Counted from the first letter of the stretch, positions 1 through 8,380 are shown. The stretch is DNA of 42,661 bases from Candidatus Niyogibacteria bacterium RIFCSPLOWO2_01_FULL_45_48 (GCA_001819395.1 MHMQ01000011.1:1-42661); one strand, 5' to 3'. Notes: a model not told the origin generated them from the sequence alone. Numbers and translations are program-made.

Positions 1-1
1 G

Positions 2-433
2 CATACTGTCGGGCGCACTTTCATTGACCCGGTGCAGGATTTGAGGAGGGAAGGAGTCAGATTCAAACACTTCGTAATTGAAGAGATTGTCAAAGGAAAA
101 AGGGTTGTTGTCGTTGATGATTCAATTGTTCGCGGAACGACTGTTCCCAGAGTTATCGGTCTTTTGCGCGAAGCCGGAGCCAAAGAAGTCCATGTCAGAA
201 TCAGTTCTCCTCCGTACCGAAATCCGTGTTATTTCGGCATTGATACCTGGCGCATCAAAGGAGAGCTGATTGCGGAAAATTTTGCCGGAGATATCAATAA
301 GATTTGCCAAGAAATCGGCGCGGATTCCCTTGCTTATTTGAGCTTGGAAGGAGCGAAGTCCGTGTGGCGCGGAGCGGAAGGATTATGCGATGCCTGCTTT
401 TCGGGGAATTATCCTATATTTGTTGGAAAATAA
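2..433 (+). CDS. purF: amidophosphoribosyltransferase, C-terminal part (5' end outside the window)
   Basis: Frame open from position 2 (HTVGRTFIDP); PRPP-binding VVVVDDSIVRGTT; SSPP...PCYFGID; CDACFSGNYP. Confidence 0.95.
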   Translation, partial: HTVGRTFIDPVQDLRREGVRFKHFVIEEIVKGKRVVVVDDSIVRGTTVPRVIGLLREAGAKEVHVRISSPPYRNPCYFGIDTWRIKGELIAENFAGDINKICQEIGADSLAYLSLEGAKSVWRGAEGLCDACFSGNYPIFVGK

Positions 434-462
434 AGTCCGCCAAAAGGCGGATTTTTTATTTT
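432..462 (+). terminator. intrinsic terminator
   Basis: AAAGTCCGCC-AAAA-GGCGGATTTT followed by T-run after the purF stop. Confidence 0.8.
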
Positions 463-489
463 TTGAGCGCGTGTTAAAATTATAAAATC

Positions 490-1257
490 ATGAATTTATT
501 TTATTGGATTTTGGGGACGAGTTTTCTTTCAAGCGTAGTTTCGCTTATCGGCCGGTCGGTAGCATTCTTGGGCGAAGAAAAATTAAGAAGTTATATCCAA
601 TATGCCATAAGTTTGGCGGTTGGCGTTTTGCTTGGCGTTGTTTTTCTAGACGTTTTACCCGAAGCGCTTGAGGCGGGAGAAGGTGTTGGTATGGATACGC
701 ACGGCGTGCTTTTGTGGGTTCTGGGCGGTTTTTTGTTTTTCTTTATTCTCGAGAGGCTTTTGCTGGTTTATCATTGCCATGAAGGCCAATGCCCGGTTCA
801 TGTTTTCGGATATTTATCGCTTTTGGGCGATGCCGTTCATAATTTTATAGACGGCGTCATAATCGCTCTTGCTTTTTTTGTTGATATAAAACTGGGTATT
901 TTAACTGCCGTTGCCGTAGTACTTCACGAAATACCGCAGGAGATGAGCGATTTTCTGGTCTTGCTTCATGCCGGATTCAGCAGAGCCCGAGCGATACTTT
1001 ACAATTTTTTAATCGCGCTTACCGCTGTGTTGGGCGCAGTTTTGACTTATGTTTTTTCGGGAGCGATTGAAGGTTTGATTTCTCCCGCTCTTGCGGTTGT
1101 GGCGGGGAATTTTTTGTATATCGCCGCGGTTGATCTTGTTCCCGAGCTTCACGAAGCAGAACACGGACGCAAAAAAACCGCAGTTCTCATGCAGTTTTTT
1201 CTAATATCTTTGGGGATTTTAATTATCTGGCTTGCCGGATTCTTTTTGGAACATTAG
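490..1257 (+). CDS. ZIP family zinc/metal transporter
   Basis: Multiple TM segments; HHCH loop; GDAVHNFIDG and LHEIPQE ZIP signatures. Confidence 0.93.
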   Translation: MNLFYWILGTSFLSSVVSLIGRSVAFLGEEKLRSYIQYAISLAVGVLLGVVFLDVLPEALEAGEGVGMDTHGVLLWVLGGFLFFFILERLLLVYHCHEGQCPVHVFGYLSLLGDAVHNFIDGVIIALAFFVDIKLGILTAVAVVLHEIPQEMSDFLVLLHAGFSRARAILYNFLIALTAVLGAVLTYVFSGAIEGLISPALAVVAGNFLYIAAVDLVPELHEAEHGRKKTAVLMQFFLISLGILIIWLAGFFLEH

Positions 1258-1284
1258 ACAGAATCCAGTTTGGGATTTTGTGGT

Positions 1285-1635
1285 TTAGGAAGAAAGGGCC
1301 GTTTCAACTACTTTTTTAAAAGCGTCCGGGTGTTTTTCGGCAAGCTCGGCAAGCATCTTGCGGTCAAGTTTAATGTCTGCTTTTTTGAGCGCGTGAATAA
1401 GTTTTGAATAACTCAAACCCGCTTCGCGCGACCCAGCGTTTATTTTTATCTGCCAAAGCCTTCTGAATTCCCGTTTTTTCCTTCGCCTGTCTTTAAAAGC
1501 ATGGGACCAAGCGTGCAGTAATCTTTCCCGAGCTTGGCGTTCTTTTGATTTTCCGCTCCACTTATAACCCTTGGCGTGTTTTAAAACCTTGCGCCTCCGC
1601 TTTAATGAAGTTGTTCCTCTTTTTACTCTGGTCAT
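1285..1635 (-). CDS. rplT: 50S ribosomal protein L20
   Basis: MTRVKRG...AKGY...DRRRKKREFRRLWQIKINA...LDRKMLAELA; infC-rpmI-rplT order. Confidence 0.98.
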   Translation of the reverse strand: MTRVKRGTTSLKRRRKVLKHAKGYKWSGKSKERQARERLLHAWSHAFKDRRRKKREFRRLWQIKINAGSREAGLSYSKLIHALKKADIKLDRKMLAELAEKHPDAFKKVVETALSS

Positions 1636-1641
1636 TGGTTT

Positions 1642-1836
1642 TTATTTAAATGGCAAATATCTTCCCAGTTCTTTTTTAGATATTGAAAGTTCGCCGGATC
1701 TTTTCGCGTCCAGCTGAAAACCGCGCGATTTTCTTGCGCGGAAGTGATTTTGGCCCGGGTTTCTTTTCAATACCCTGCCATCCTTGGTAATTTTTAGCCT
1801 TTTTGCGAAGGCTTTGTTTGTTTTGCCTGTTGCCAT
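1642..1836 (-). CDS. rpmI: 50S ribosomal protein L35
   Basis: 64 aa basic protein, KTNKAFAKRLKITKDG...NH, between infC and rplT. Confidence 0.93.
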   Translation of the reverse strand: MATGKTNKAFAKRLKITKDGRVLKRNPGQNHFRARKSRGFQLDAKRSGELSISKKELGRYLPFK

Positions 1837-1843
1837 GTTTGAG

Positions 1844-2356
1844 TTATTTTTTTGCTCTTTCCACCATTATATACGGCCCCCTCGGCCCCCTTTTCGGGCC
1901 CTCGACTATATTATGTTCAACCGTTACGTAATTCAAGACCCGTAAGAGCTTTTCGTTAAGCAGTTTTTGGTCAAGATATTTTGCCCGCCCCCGAAGGGCC
2001 ATTCCTATTTTTATGCGGTCGCCTTTTTCCAGAAAGCCGGAGGCCTTTTTTGCTTTCATTATCAGATCGTGTTCCGATGTTCCGAGGCCGACTCTGACTT
2101 CGCGTGTTTCGGACTGGTGGACTTTTTGCGATTGCTTCATTTTGTGCTCCTCTTCATACCGGTATTTGCCGTAATCCATTATTTTGGCCACCGGCGGGTT
2201 TGCGGTCGGAGCGATCTCGATTAAATCCAGATTTGCCTCTTTGGCTCTGCTTAGCGCTTCCTCCGTCTTAATGACGCCCAGATTTTTGCCGTCTGGGCCT
2301 ATGACTCTCATGTCGCGCGCTGTTATTTGATTATTTATCCTTGCTTTCTTGTTCAG
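1844..2356 (-). CDS. infC: translation initiation factor IF-3, probable non-AUG (CTG) start
   Basis: LDLIEIAPTANPPVAKIMDYGKY; conserved RINNQITARDMRVI lies upstream of the ATG at 2311; frame closed by TGA at 2363-2365; CTG at 2356-2354 is the likely start (start position less certain than the gene call). Confidence 0.93.
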   Translation of the reverse strand: MNKKARINNQITARDMRVIGPDGKNLGVIKTEEALSRAKEANLDLIEIAPTANPPVAKIMDYGKYRYEEEHKMKQSQKVHQSETREVRVGLGTSEHDLIMKAKKASGFLEKGDRIKIGMALRGRAKYLDQKLLNEKLLRVLNYVTVEHNIVEGPKRGPRGPYIMVERAKK

Positions 2357-2433
2357 ATTTGTTCATTATAGCCCACGAGAATCCATAGCGCAACTGCTTG
2401 TTTATGTGGGTCGTTGCGGTATAAATAAGGTAT

Positions 2434-3807
2434 ATGGACTATCTGCCGCCGCCGTGGAAAATAAAAATGGTGGAAAAGGTGAACTTGCTTTCACGTTCAG
2501 GCAGGGAGAGTGCTGTTAAAGAGGCGGGGTTTAATACCTTTCTTCTCAAATCACGCGATGTTTTTATTGATTTACTCACCGATTCCGGAACGTCGGCAAT
2601 GTCGGATAACCAGTGGGCGGGACTCATGCTTGGAGACGAGGCATACGCCGGATCCGAAAATTTTTATAATTTGGAGAAAGCCGTAAAAGACGTTTACGGC
2701 TTTTCTTTTGTTGTTCCGACTCATCAAGGCAGGGCGGCAGAGCATCTGATGGCCCGCGCTTTGGTTCAAAAAGGCCAGCATGTTCTTTCAAATATGTATT
2801 TTACGACTTCCCGCGAACACGTTGAGCGGCGGGGTGGGATATGGCAGGACTGCATTGTGCCGGAAGCCCACGACCCGCAAAAAGACAAACCGTTTAAGGG
2901 AAATTTTGACATTGCGCGTACCGGCCGTCTTATAAAAAAACTAGGCAAAAATAAAATTGCTTTTATCCGGGTTGAAGCCAATTGCAACATGGCCGGAGGT
3001 CAGCCGGTTTCAATGAAAAATCTGGAAGATTTGAAAACTTTAGCCGAACGTCACGAAATCCCGGTCATAATGGATGCTACCCGCGCGCTTGAGAACGCCT
3101 ATTTCATAAAAGCGCGAGAAAAGGGATGGGAAAAAACGCCGGTTAAAAAAATATTAAAAAATATGATGCGTTTTACCGACGGCATTACCGTAAGCTCAAA
3201 AAAAGACAATTTGGTAAATATCGGCGGATTTTTGGCCACGCGTAACAAAAAAATTTTTGAAGAAACAAAAACGCTTGTTGTAGTTTATGAAGGTTTGCAC
3301 ACCTATGGCGGAATGTCGGGACGCGATATGGAAGCCCTAGCGCGGGGTATTCGTGAAATGGTTGAAAACGACGATTATGTTGAACATAGGGTTAAACAAG
3401 TTGAATGGTTCGGCGGGCTTTTGAAAGAGGCGGGCGTTCCGATAGTCGTTCCGGTCGGTGGGCACGCCGTTTATCTTGACGCCAAAAAATTTTTAAGCCA
3501 TCTGCCGCAAAGCCAGTATCCGGCCCAAACTTTATCCGCCTCAATTTACGAAGAGTGCGCGGTTCGATCAATGGAAAGAGGAATAGTTTCGGCCGGACGC
3601 GATCCGAAAACAAGGAAAGAACACGGCTCAAAACTGGAACTGGTCAGGCTTACTGTTCCAAGGCGCGTTTACACCAACGATCATCTCGGTTTTGCCGCCG
3701 AGGGCATAGTCAACCTTTTCAAAAAAAGGCAGACGATACGCGGACTTAAGATGACCTATGAGCCGAAGCAATTAAGATTTTTTCAGGCGAAGTTCAGGAG
3801 GGTTTAA
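2434..3807 (+). CDS. tpl: tyrosine phenol-lyase (PLP-dependent beta-eliminating lyase; tryptophanase less likely)
   Basis: DLLTDSGT, GDEAYAGS, THQGR, NMYFTT, SSKKD (PLP Lys), MERGIVSAGR, YEPKQLRFF; FTT, SAGR and LRFF match TPL rather than TnaA. Confidence 0.88.
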   Translation: MDYLPPPWKIKMVEKVNLLSRSGRESAVKEAGFNTFLLKSRDVFIDLLTDSGTSAMSDNQWAGLMLGDEAYAGSENFYNLEKAVKDVYGFSFVVPTHQGRAAEHLMARALVQKGQHVLSNMYFTTSREHVERRGGIWQDCIVPEAHDPQKDKPFKGNFDIARTGRLIKKLGKNKIAFIRVEANCNMAGGQPVSMKNLEDLKTLAERHEIPVIMDATRALENAYFIKAREKGWEKTPVKKILKNMMRFTDGITVSSKKDNLVNIGGFLATRNKKIFEETKTLVVVYEGLHTYGGMSGRDMEALARGIREMVENDDYVEHRVKQVEWFGGLLKEAGVPIVVPVGGHAVYLDAKKFLSHLPQSQYPAQTLSASIYEECAVRSMERGIVSAGRDPKTRKEHGSKLELVRLTVPRRVYTNDHLGFAAEGIVNLFKKRQTIRGLKMTYEPKQLRFFQAKFRRV

Positions 3808-3884
3808 AAACCCGATAAATTTCTTGCCTGGATAGCGGCGTGTTATGCTGATTGCGGGATCTTTTTGATTTGGAGGATACTGAA

Positions 3885-4529
3885 GTGAAAATGTCAGCCA
3901 AGGCCGCGCGCCGTTTTTTAATTTTTACGACACTATTGGCTGTCGTCTGCGGATTTGATGGCAAAGAAACCGTAAACGCAGACACAAAAACAGAAAAGAA
4001 AGCGGAAATTCGTGAAAATAAAACATACGAAGACAAAGCGTTTTCGGAATACTCTTTGATATTTCAGCAGTTGCTTGAAAAAGACAGGAGCGTTAGCGAG
4101 CTTGCCGAAAAAACCTATCCCAAAATTATAAAAGAATACAAAGATTTTGTTAAAAAATATCCGCAAAGCCGGCTGGTTGACGACGCGAAGTTGAGAATAG
4201 CCGAGTTTTATAACATCTGGGGAACGGCCGGTTCGGGTGATTTACTGAAAAGAAAGTTAAATACCCCCGGAGATTGGAGAAAAAAAGCATCCATGTGGCT
4301 TTTGGATATAGTTGAAAATCATCCTGATTCAAAAGCCGTCTCTTATCCTCGCGGTGAAGAAACGAAGGAGTATACCGCGGCTTACGCGCTTTACTTTTTG
4401 TATGTTTGGGGCAGTCCCAAAGACAAAAAATATCTGGAAACGCTGATTAACAAATATCCAGCATCTGAAGCATTCGAGTGGGCAAGGGATATTCTTAAGT
4501 CAGCGGAAAAGAATAAAAAGAGCAGATAA
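3885..4529 (+). CDS. exported TPR-like (BamD/YfiO-repeat-like) hypothetical protein
   Basis: GGAGG at 3872-3876 before GTG 3885; hydrophobic N-terminus ending in Cys; repeats FVKKYPQS, IVENHPDS, LINKYPAS. Confidence 0.65.
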   Translation: MKMSAKAARRFLIFTTLLAVVCGFDGKETVNADTKTEKKAEIRENKTYEDKAFSEYSLIFQQLLEKDRSVSELAEKTYPKIIKEYKDFVKKYPQSRLVDDAKLRIAEFYNIWGTAGSGDLLKRKLNTPGDWRKKASMWLLDIVENHPDSKAVSYPRGEETKEYTAAYALYFLYVWGSPKDKKYLETLINKYPASEAFEWARDILKSAEKNKKSR

Positions 4530-4550
4530 AATCCCCCTAAGGGGATTTTT
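4528..4550 (+). terminator. intrinsic terminator
   Basis: AAAATCCCC-CTAA-GGGGATTTTT. Confidence 0.75.
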
Positions 4551-4552
4551 AC

Positions 4553-4580
4553 TTGACAGCGCTGTGGATAAGTTTATGTT
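4553..4580 (+). promoter_or_regulatory. sigma70-type promoter with a DnaA-box match in the spacer
   Basis: TTGACA 4553-4558, 16 nt, TATGTT 4575-4580; TGTGGATAA (reverse complement TTATCCACA) at 4563-4571. Confidence 0.5.
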
Positions 4581-4649
4581 GTGAGTAAAATCGGAAGCGC
4601 ATATCCTTTAATAGATAATAGTTATTAGTTAACAAGCAATAAATAAAAT

Positions 4650-5468
4650 ATGTTTAATAAAAAAATTTTTGTTATCGCGGGGGTTGCTGTTTTTTTGTTC
4701 GCGGCGTTTTTTGTAAGCGCGAACCATTCATGGGGCAACTATCATTGGGGGCGTACGGCCAATTCATTCACTCTTGAATTAGGGAATAATGTTTCTGAAA
4801 AGTGGACGGAGTATTTGAACACAACTGCTACTGATTGGAGTTTGTCGGCTGTTCTTGATACGGTTGTGGCCGCGGGCAAAGCGGGCAATCCGCGAAACTG
4901 TAAGGCAACCAACGGGCGGGTTGAGGTTTGCGGCGCATCTTATGGCTTCAATGGCTGGCTTGGTATCGCCCAAATTTGGATTTCGGGAGAGCACATTATC
5001 AAAGGTGTTACCAAAGTCAACGACACTTATTTTGACACCGCGACCTATGACAAGCCGGAATGGAGGAATTTTGTAATGTGCCAGGAGGTGGGACATACGC
5101 TTGGGCTTGGGCACACGGATGAGGATTTTTACAACGCAAACACGGGAACTTGCATGGATTACACCAACGACCCGGCGCGAGACGACGGAGCTGGAGACAA
5201 TCAGCATCCGAACTCTCATGACCACGAAATGCTTGAGCAGATTTACGCCCATTTAGACAGCGTAAACACGGTCGGTTCTTCTGATGGCGGAAGCGGGTCG
5301 GGAAAAGGCAACGGCAAGGGAAACAAATTTGGTGTCGGTATTGATTTGGACAATCCTTCCGAGTGGGGGCGTGCCATAAAGAAAGACGCGCAAGGCAAGG
5401 ACTCGCTTTTTGTTCGCGATTTAGGAAAAGGCGAGAAGGTTTTCACCTTTGTCATTTGGGCCAGATAA
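4650..5468 (+). CDS. secreted metzincin/matrixin-like metallopeptidase
   Basis: Signal peptide; CQEVGHTLGLGH (HExxHxxGxxH variant); Met-turn TCMDY; Gly/Lys-rich linker. Confidence 0.8.
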   Translation: MFNKKIFVIAGVAVFLFAAFFVSANHSWGNYHWGRTANSFTLELGNNVSEKWTEYLNTTATDWSLSAVLDTVVAAGKAGNPRNCKATNGRVEVCGASYGFNGWLGIAQIWISGEHIIKGVTKVNDTYFDTATYDKPEWRNFVMCQEVGHTLGLGHTDEDFYNANTGTCMDYTNDPARDDGAGDNQHPNSHDHEMLEQIYAHLDSVNTVGSSDGGSGSGKGNGKGNKFGVGIDLDNPSEWGRAIKKDAQGKDSLFVRDLGKGEKVFTFVIWAR

Positions 5469-5485
5469 AAAGTAAATAAGCGTAG

Positions 5486-5525
5486 AACAAAAAATTGCCG
5501 GCATAAAACCGGCAATTTTTTGTTT
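5486..5525. terminator. bidirectional intrinsic terminator
   Basis: AACAAAAAATTGCCGG-CATAAAA-CCGGCAATTTTTTGTT between convergent genes. Confidence 0.85.
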
Positions 5526-5675
5526 GTGGAAACTAATAAATGACGTTAGAACCTCTTTGTTGGAACTCGATAATATGACGTATATACTCAGTATTCAAGA
5601 ATGTGTAAAAACATTTGAATCGGTGGTTGTCTAGGTGAGATACCTGGAATAAGTTAGAACCTGTTGGTTTTCGAG

Positions 5676-6296
5676 CTACTTTTTCTTAACATCGTCCCTT
5701 ATCATTTTCACTATCTCTGGAAATTTAGGTATGTTGAAATGGCCACCCTTACTCTTGTAGATGATTATATGTGGATGTTTCAGTTTTTTGGCATATTTTT
5801 CTGCGTGGGCAACAGACACTACATCGTCATCTTTTGAGAAAAGTAGATACAGGTTTCTCGTATTTTTTTCAATCAAGGATAAGTCTGGTTTGAGTTTAAA
5901 ACCACCGACTAGATCTTCTCCAGGAAGAGAATTATCAAAAGGTGGGCAAACAAGATAAACAGATAACGCTTTTTTACGCAATTTGTTTTCTGAAAGATAT
6001 TTAGCAAGAAAAACTCCCCCAAGAGATGAACCTATGAGAATAAATTTGCCTTTAAGCAATGGAAGATACCTCTCGAAGAAGATTTTCCAATCTCTATATT
6101 TTGCAAAGTCCTGTAAAGGCATTCGTGGCGAAATAATTTCGAATTGTCTGCCAAGACTTTTCTCAAGATAATCACCAGCCCAGTAGGTCTTTTTCTTTGT
6201 AGAGATCTTCTTGTTTCTCAGGTAATCCAAATAGTCCCTCTCATTTTTGAAGGTCATTCCGCCGTGTACTGTCAGTATCTGGATTTTGTTTTTCAT
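5676..6296 (-). CDS. alpha/beta hydrolase, RBBP9/YdeN-like
   Basis: TVHGG oxyanion loop, GSSLGG nucleophile, SKDDDVV acid, GGHFN His; start placed at ATG 6296, 7 nt after TATGAT. Confidence 0.85.
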   Translation of the reverse strand: MKNKIQILTVHGGMTFKNERDYLDYLRNKKISTKKKTYWAGDYLEKSLGRQFEIISPRMPLQDFAKYRDWKIFFERYLPLLKGKFILIGSSLGGVFLAKYLSENKLRKKALSVYLVCPPFDNSLPGEDLVGGFKLKPDLSLIEKNTRNLYLLFSKDDDVVSVAHAEKYAKKLKHPHIIIYKSKGGHFNIPKFPEIVKMIRDDVKKK

Positions 6297-6371
6297 TAGT
6301 AAAATCATACCTATTTTGTCTCGTATTGGCAAAATAGGCAGTTTTTATTCTTCCATATACTTCTATATCAG

Positions 6372-6715
6372 TGGAGGTGGGGAGAATCGCACTCCCGTTT
6401 GAATTGATTTATTAAGAAGTTTCTACAGTTTTAGTTTCGCTTGGTTTCGATTGCGGCTATAAGCGAAACGAAAGTGCCGCAAAAGTCGCTCCTTAAATGT
6501 TGTGCCGAATCGGAGCTCTTCGGCATTGAGCCTCAAAATTTCACACCCGCGCTTTCCTATGAGACATCAGAAAGTCGGATGGCTTAAGCAATTAAGCGTA
6601 AGCGAGTGCTGGTTGATAGTTTGCACTTGGAACTGTTTGGAAAATTTTACAAGGACACCAAACATCCTTGAACTGCGCCTCTTAACGCCTCAACTCATCG
6701 AAGCTAGGCACCCCC
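6372..6715 (-). ncRNA. ssrA: tmRNA, one-piece, about 344 nt; tag (A)ANYQPALAYA
   Basis: 5' GGGGGTG pairs with 3' CACCTCC-A including a G3.U70 pair; GCTTCGA D-loop-like motif; T arm GGGAG-TGCGATT-CTCCC; tag ORF GCA AAC TAT CAA CCA GCA CTC GCT TAC GCT TAA at 6624-6592; smpB nearby. Confidence 0.96.
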
Positions 6716-6760
6716 GCGAATTTCGCCTCCGACGCAAAGTCGGAGCTTGCGAAATTCAGC
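6716..6760. repeat. compound inverted repeat abutting the tmRNA 5' end
   Basis: GAATTTCGC-CTCCGAC-GCAAA-GTCGGAG-CTT-GCGAAATTC. Confidence 0.75.
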
Positions 6761-6818
6761 GTCCCGAGATTACTATCGAGGGACTACTTATAATTATATA
6801 CACGAATTTTATGATTTG

Positions 6819-7847
6819 TCAAGATGCCGTTGTGCCTCTGCGGACGGCGTTTTCGGCAATTTCTTTGATTAGGCTTTCATAAGTTATACCCGCCTTTTCG
6901 GAGGCCAGCCCGAATTCTTCATCCGGGGAAAGATCCGGGTTAGGGTTTACTTCAAGAATATAAGGCCTGCGATTTTCACTGATTCTAATATCTATTCTGG
7001 CGTAATCTCTGCATCCGAGCGCGCGAAAAGCTTTTAATGAAATTTTTTCAATGCGGTTTTTCAAAGCCGTTTCAATCTGGGCCGGAAATTTTAACCCGAC
7101 ACCCAAGCCGTTTTTGGCCCACTTGATGCCGTACGAAAGTATTTTCGGATCTTTTGCCGGTATTTTGCTGAAGTCTACCTCGCCAATGCCGAGAACCCTC
7201 GGAGGGTTGTCGATTACGGCAACGGTGAACTCGCGGCCGTCAATAAATTCTTCAACCAAAGCCGGCTGGCTGTATTTTTCGTGGATCATCGTGACTTTTT
7301 CTTCCACTTCTTGAGGCGTTTCAACAACGGAGTCTTTGGTTATACCAAAACTTCCGTCCTCTCTTAAGGGTTTTACTATGAACGGAGGAGTAATGGGTTC
7401 CAGATTTGGTTTTTCTCCCACTTGCACGGTGATCGATGGCGGAATCGGGAGGCCGGAAGTTTTTAAAATCTGCTTGCACCTCATTTTATTCAGCGAAATT
7501 CCCAAGGACAAAGGAGGCGAACCCGTATACGGGAGTTTCATAAGTTCGAGCCATCCAGCAACATACATTTCTGTTAGCGCTTTATGTGGGTGGTTATAAA
7601 GCACTTCGCACAAATTAAAAACAAGGTCCGGCTTCATTTCTTCTATTAACGCGGAAGTTTTTGAGTTAGTCCTTCTCAAACCGAGCGTGCGCACGTTAAA
7701 ACCGGCTTCTCTTAAGGCGTGGCGGACCGCTTTGATGTCTCCGCGTGCGTTAAGGGAAGAATCGGAGTCGGTTTCCGCGGAGTCTTCAGGCGGATTTCCG
7801 CTCGCGGCGTTGTACAAAAGCAGGCAGTTTTTTCCTTCGAGTTTCAT
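6819..7847 (-). CDS. ATP-grasp protein, D-Ala-D-Ala ligase-like (non-canonical subgroup)
   Basis: DLVFNLCE, PYTGS, IVKP.REDGSFGI, VEEFIDGREFTV, DYARIDIR, ILEVNPNP; lacks the N-terminal GGxSxEH of canonical Ddl. Confidence 0.85.
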   Translation of the reverse strand: MKLEGKNCLLLYNAASGNPPEDSAETDSDSSLNARGDIKAVRHALREAGFNVRTLGLRRTNSKTSALIEEMKPDLVFNLCEVLYNHPHKALTEMYVAGWLELMKLPYTGSPPLSLGISLNKMRCKQILKTSGLPIPPSITVQVGEKPNLEPITPPFIVKPLREDGSFGITKDSVVETPQEVEEKVTMIHEKYSQPALVEEFIDGREFTVAVIDNPPRVLGIGEVDFSKIPAKDPKILSYGIKWAKNGLGVGLKFPAQIETALKNRIEKISLKAFRALGCRDYARIDIRISENRRPYILEVNPNPDLSPDEEFGLASEKAGITYESLIKEIAENAVRRGTTAS

Positions 7848-7850
7848 TAT

Positions 7851-8303
7851 TTAATTGTAAGCTGTTTTGAGCTCTCTTTCTATCTTTCTTTTTGATTCAC
7901 GCTTTTTTATTTTTTCGCGTTTGTCGTATTTTTTCTTTCCTTTGGCGATGCCGACCTCCGTTTTAAGCATGCGCCCTTTGATGTATACACGGATTGGCAC
8001 GATTGTTAGGCCCCTTTCCTCGCCTTTTCCCGAAAGATATTTTATCTCGCTTTTTTTCAAAAGAAGTTTTCTTGTTCTCTGCGGTTCGTATTCCTTTGGC
8101 GTGTTTGCCGGCTGATACGGAGGAATTTCCATGCCGACAACAAACGCTTCGCCTCCGCGGATGATGACGCGCGCACCGAGAATTGAGCCAAGTTTGTTTC
8201 GCAGCGCCTTAACCTCAAATCCGCGCAATTCTAACCCGGCCTCAAATTTTTCAAGGATTTCATAATCAAAAAAAACTTTTTTATTTTGCAGCAAATCCGC
8301 CAT
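7851..8303 (-). CDS. smpB: SsrA-binding protein
   Basis: NKKVFFDYEILEKFEAGLELRGFEVKALR, RTRKLLLKK, AKGKKKYDKREKIKKR. Confidence 0.98.
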   Translation of the reverse strand: MADLLQNKKVFFDYEILEKFEAGLELRGFEVKALRNKLGSILGARVIIRGGEAFVVGMEIPPYQPANTPKEYEPQRTRKLLLKKSEIKYLSGKGEERGLTIVPIRVYIKGRMLKTEVGIAKGKKKYDKREKIKKRESKRKIERELKTAYN

Positions 8304-8313
8304 GCGCAAATTA

Positions 8314-8342
8314 TTGCATTTTTTGCCGTCTTGTGCTATTGT
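8314..8342 (+). promoter_or_regulatory. sigma70-type promoter for the 8381 ORF
   Basis: TTGCAT, 17 nt, TATTGT with extended TG. Confidence 0.5.
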
Positions 8343-8380
8343 CAGCGTGGATTGAATTTTTGGAGGAAAGGAGGAGCAAG

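Noticed and set aside
6502-6882. 126-aa plus-strand ORF
   Set aside because: Antisense to the tmRNA and to the end of the ATP-grasp gene; no recognisable motif.
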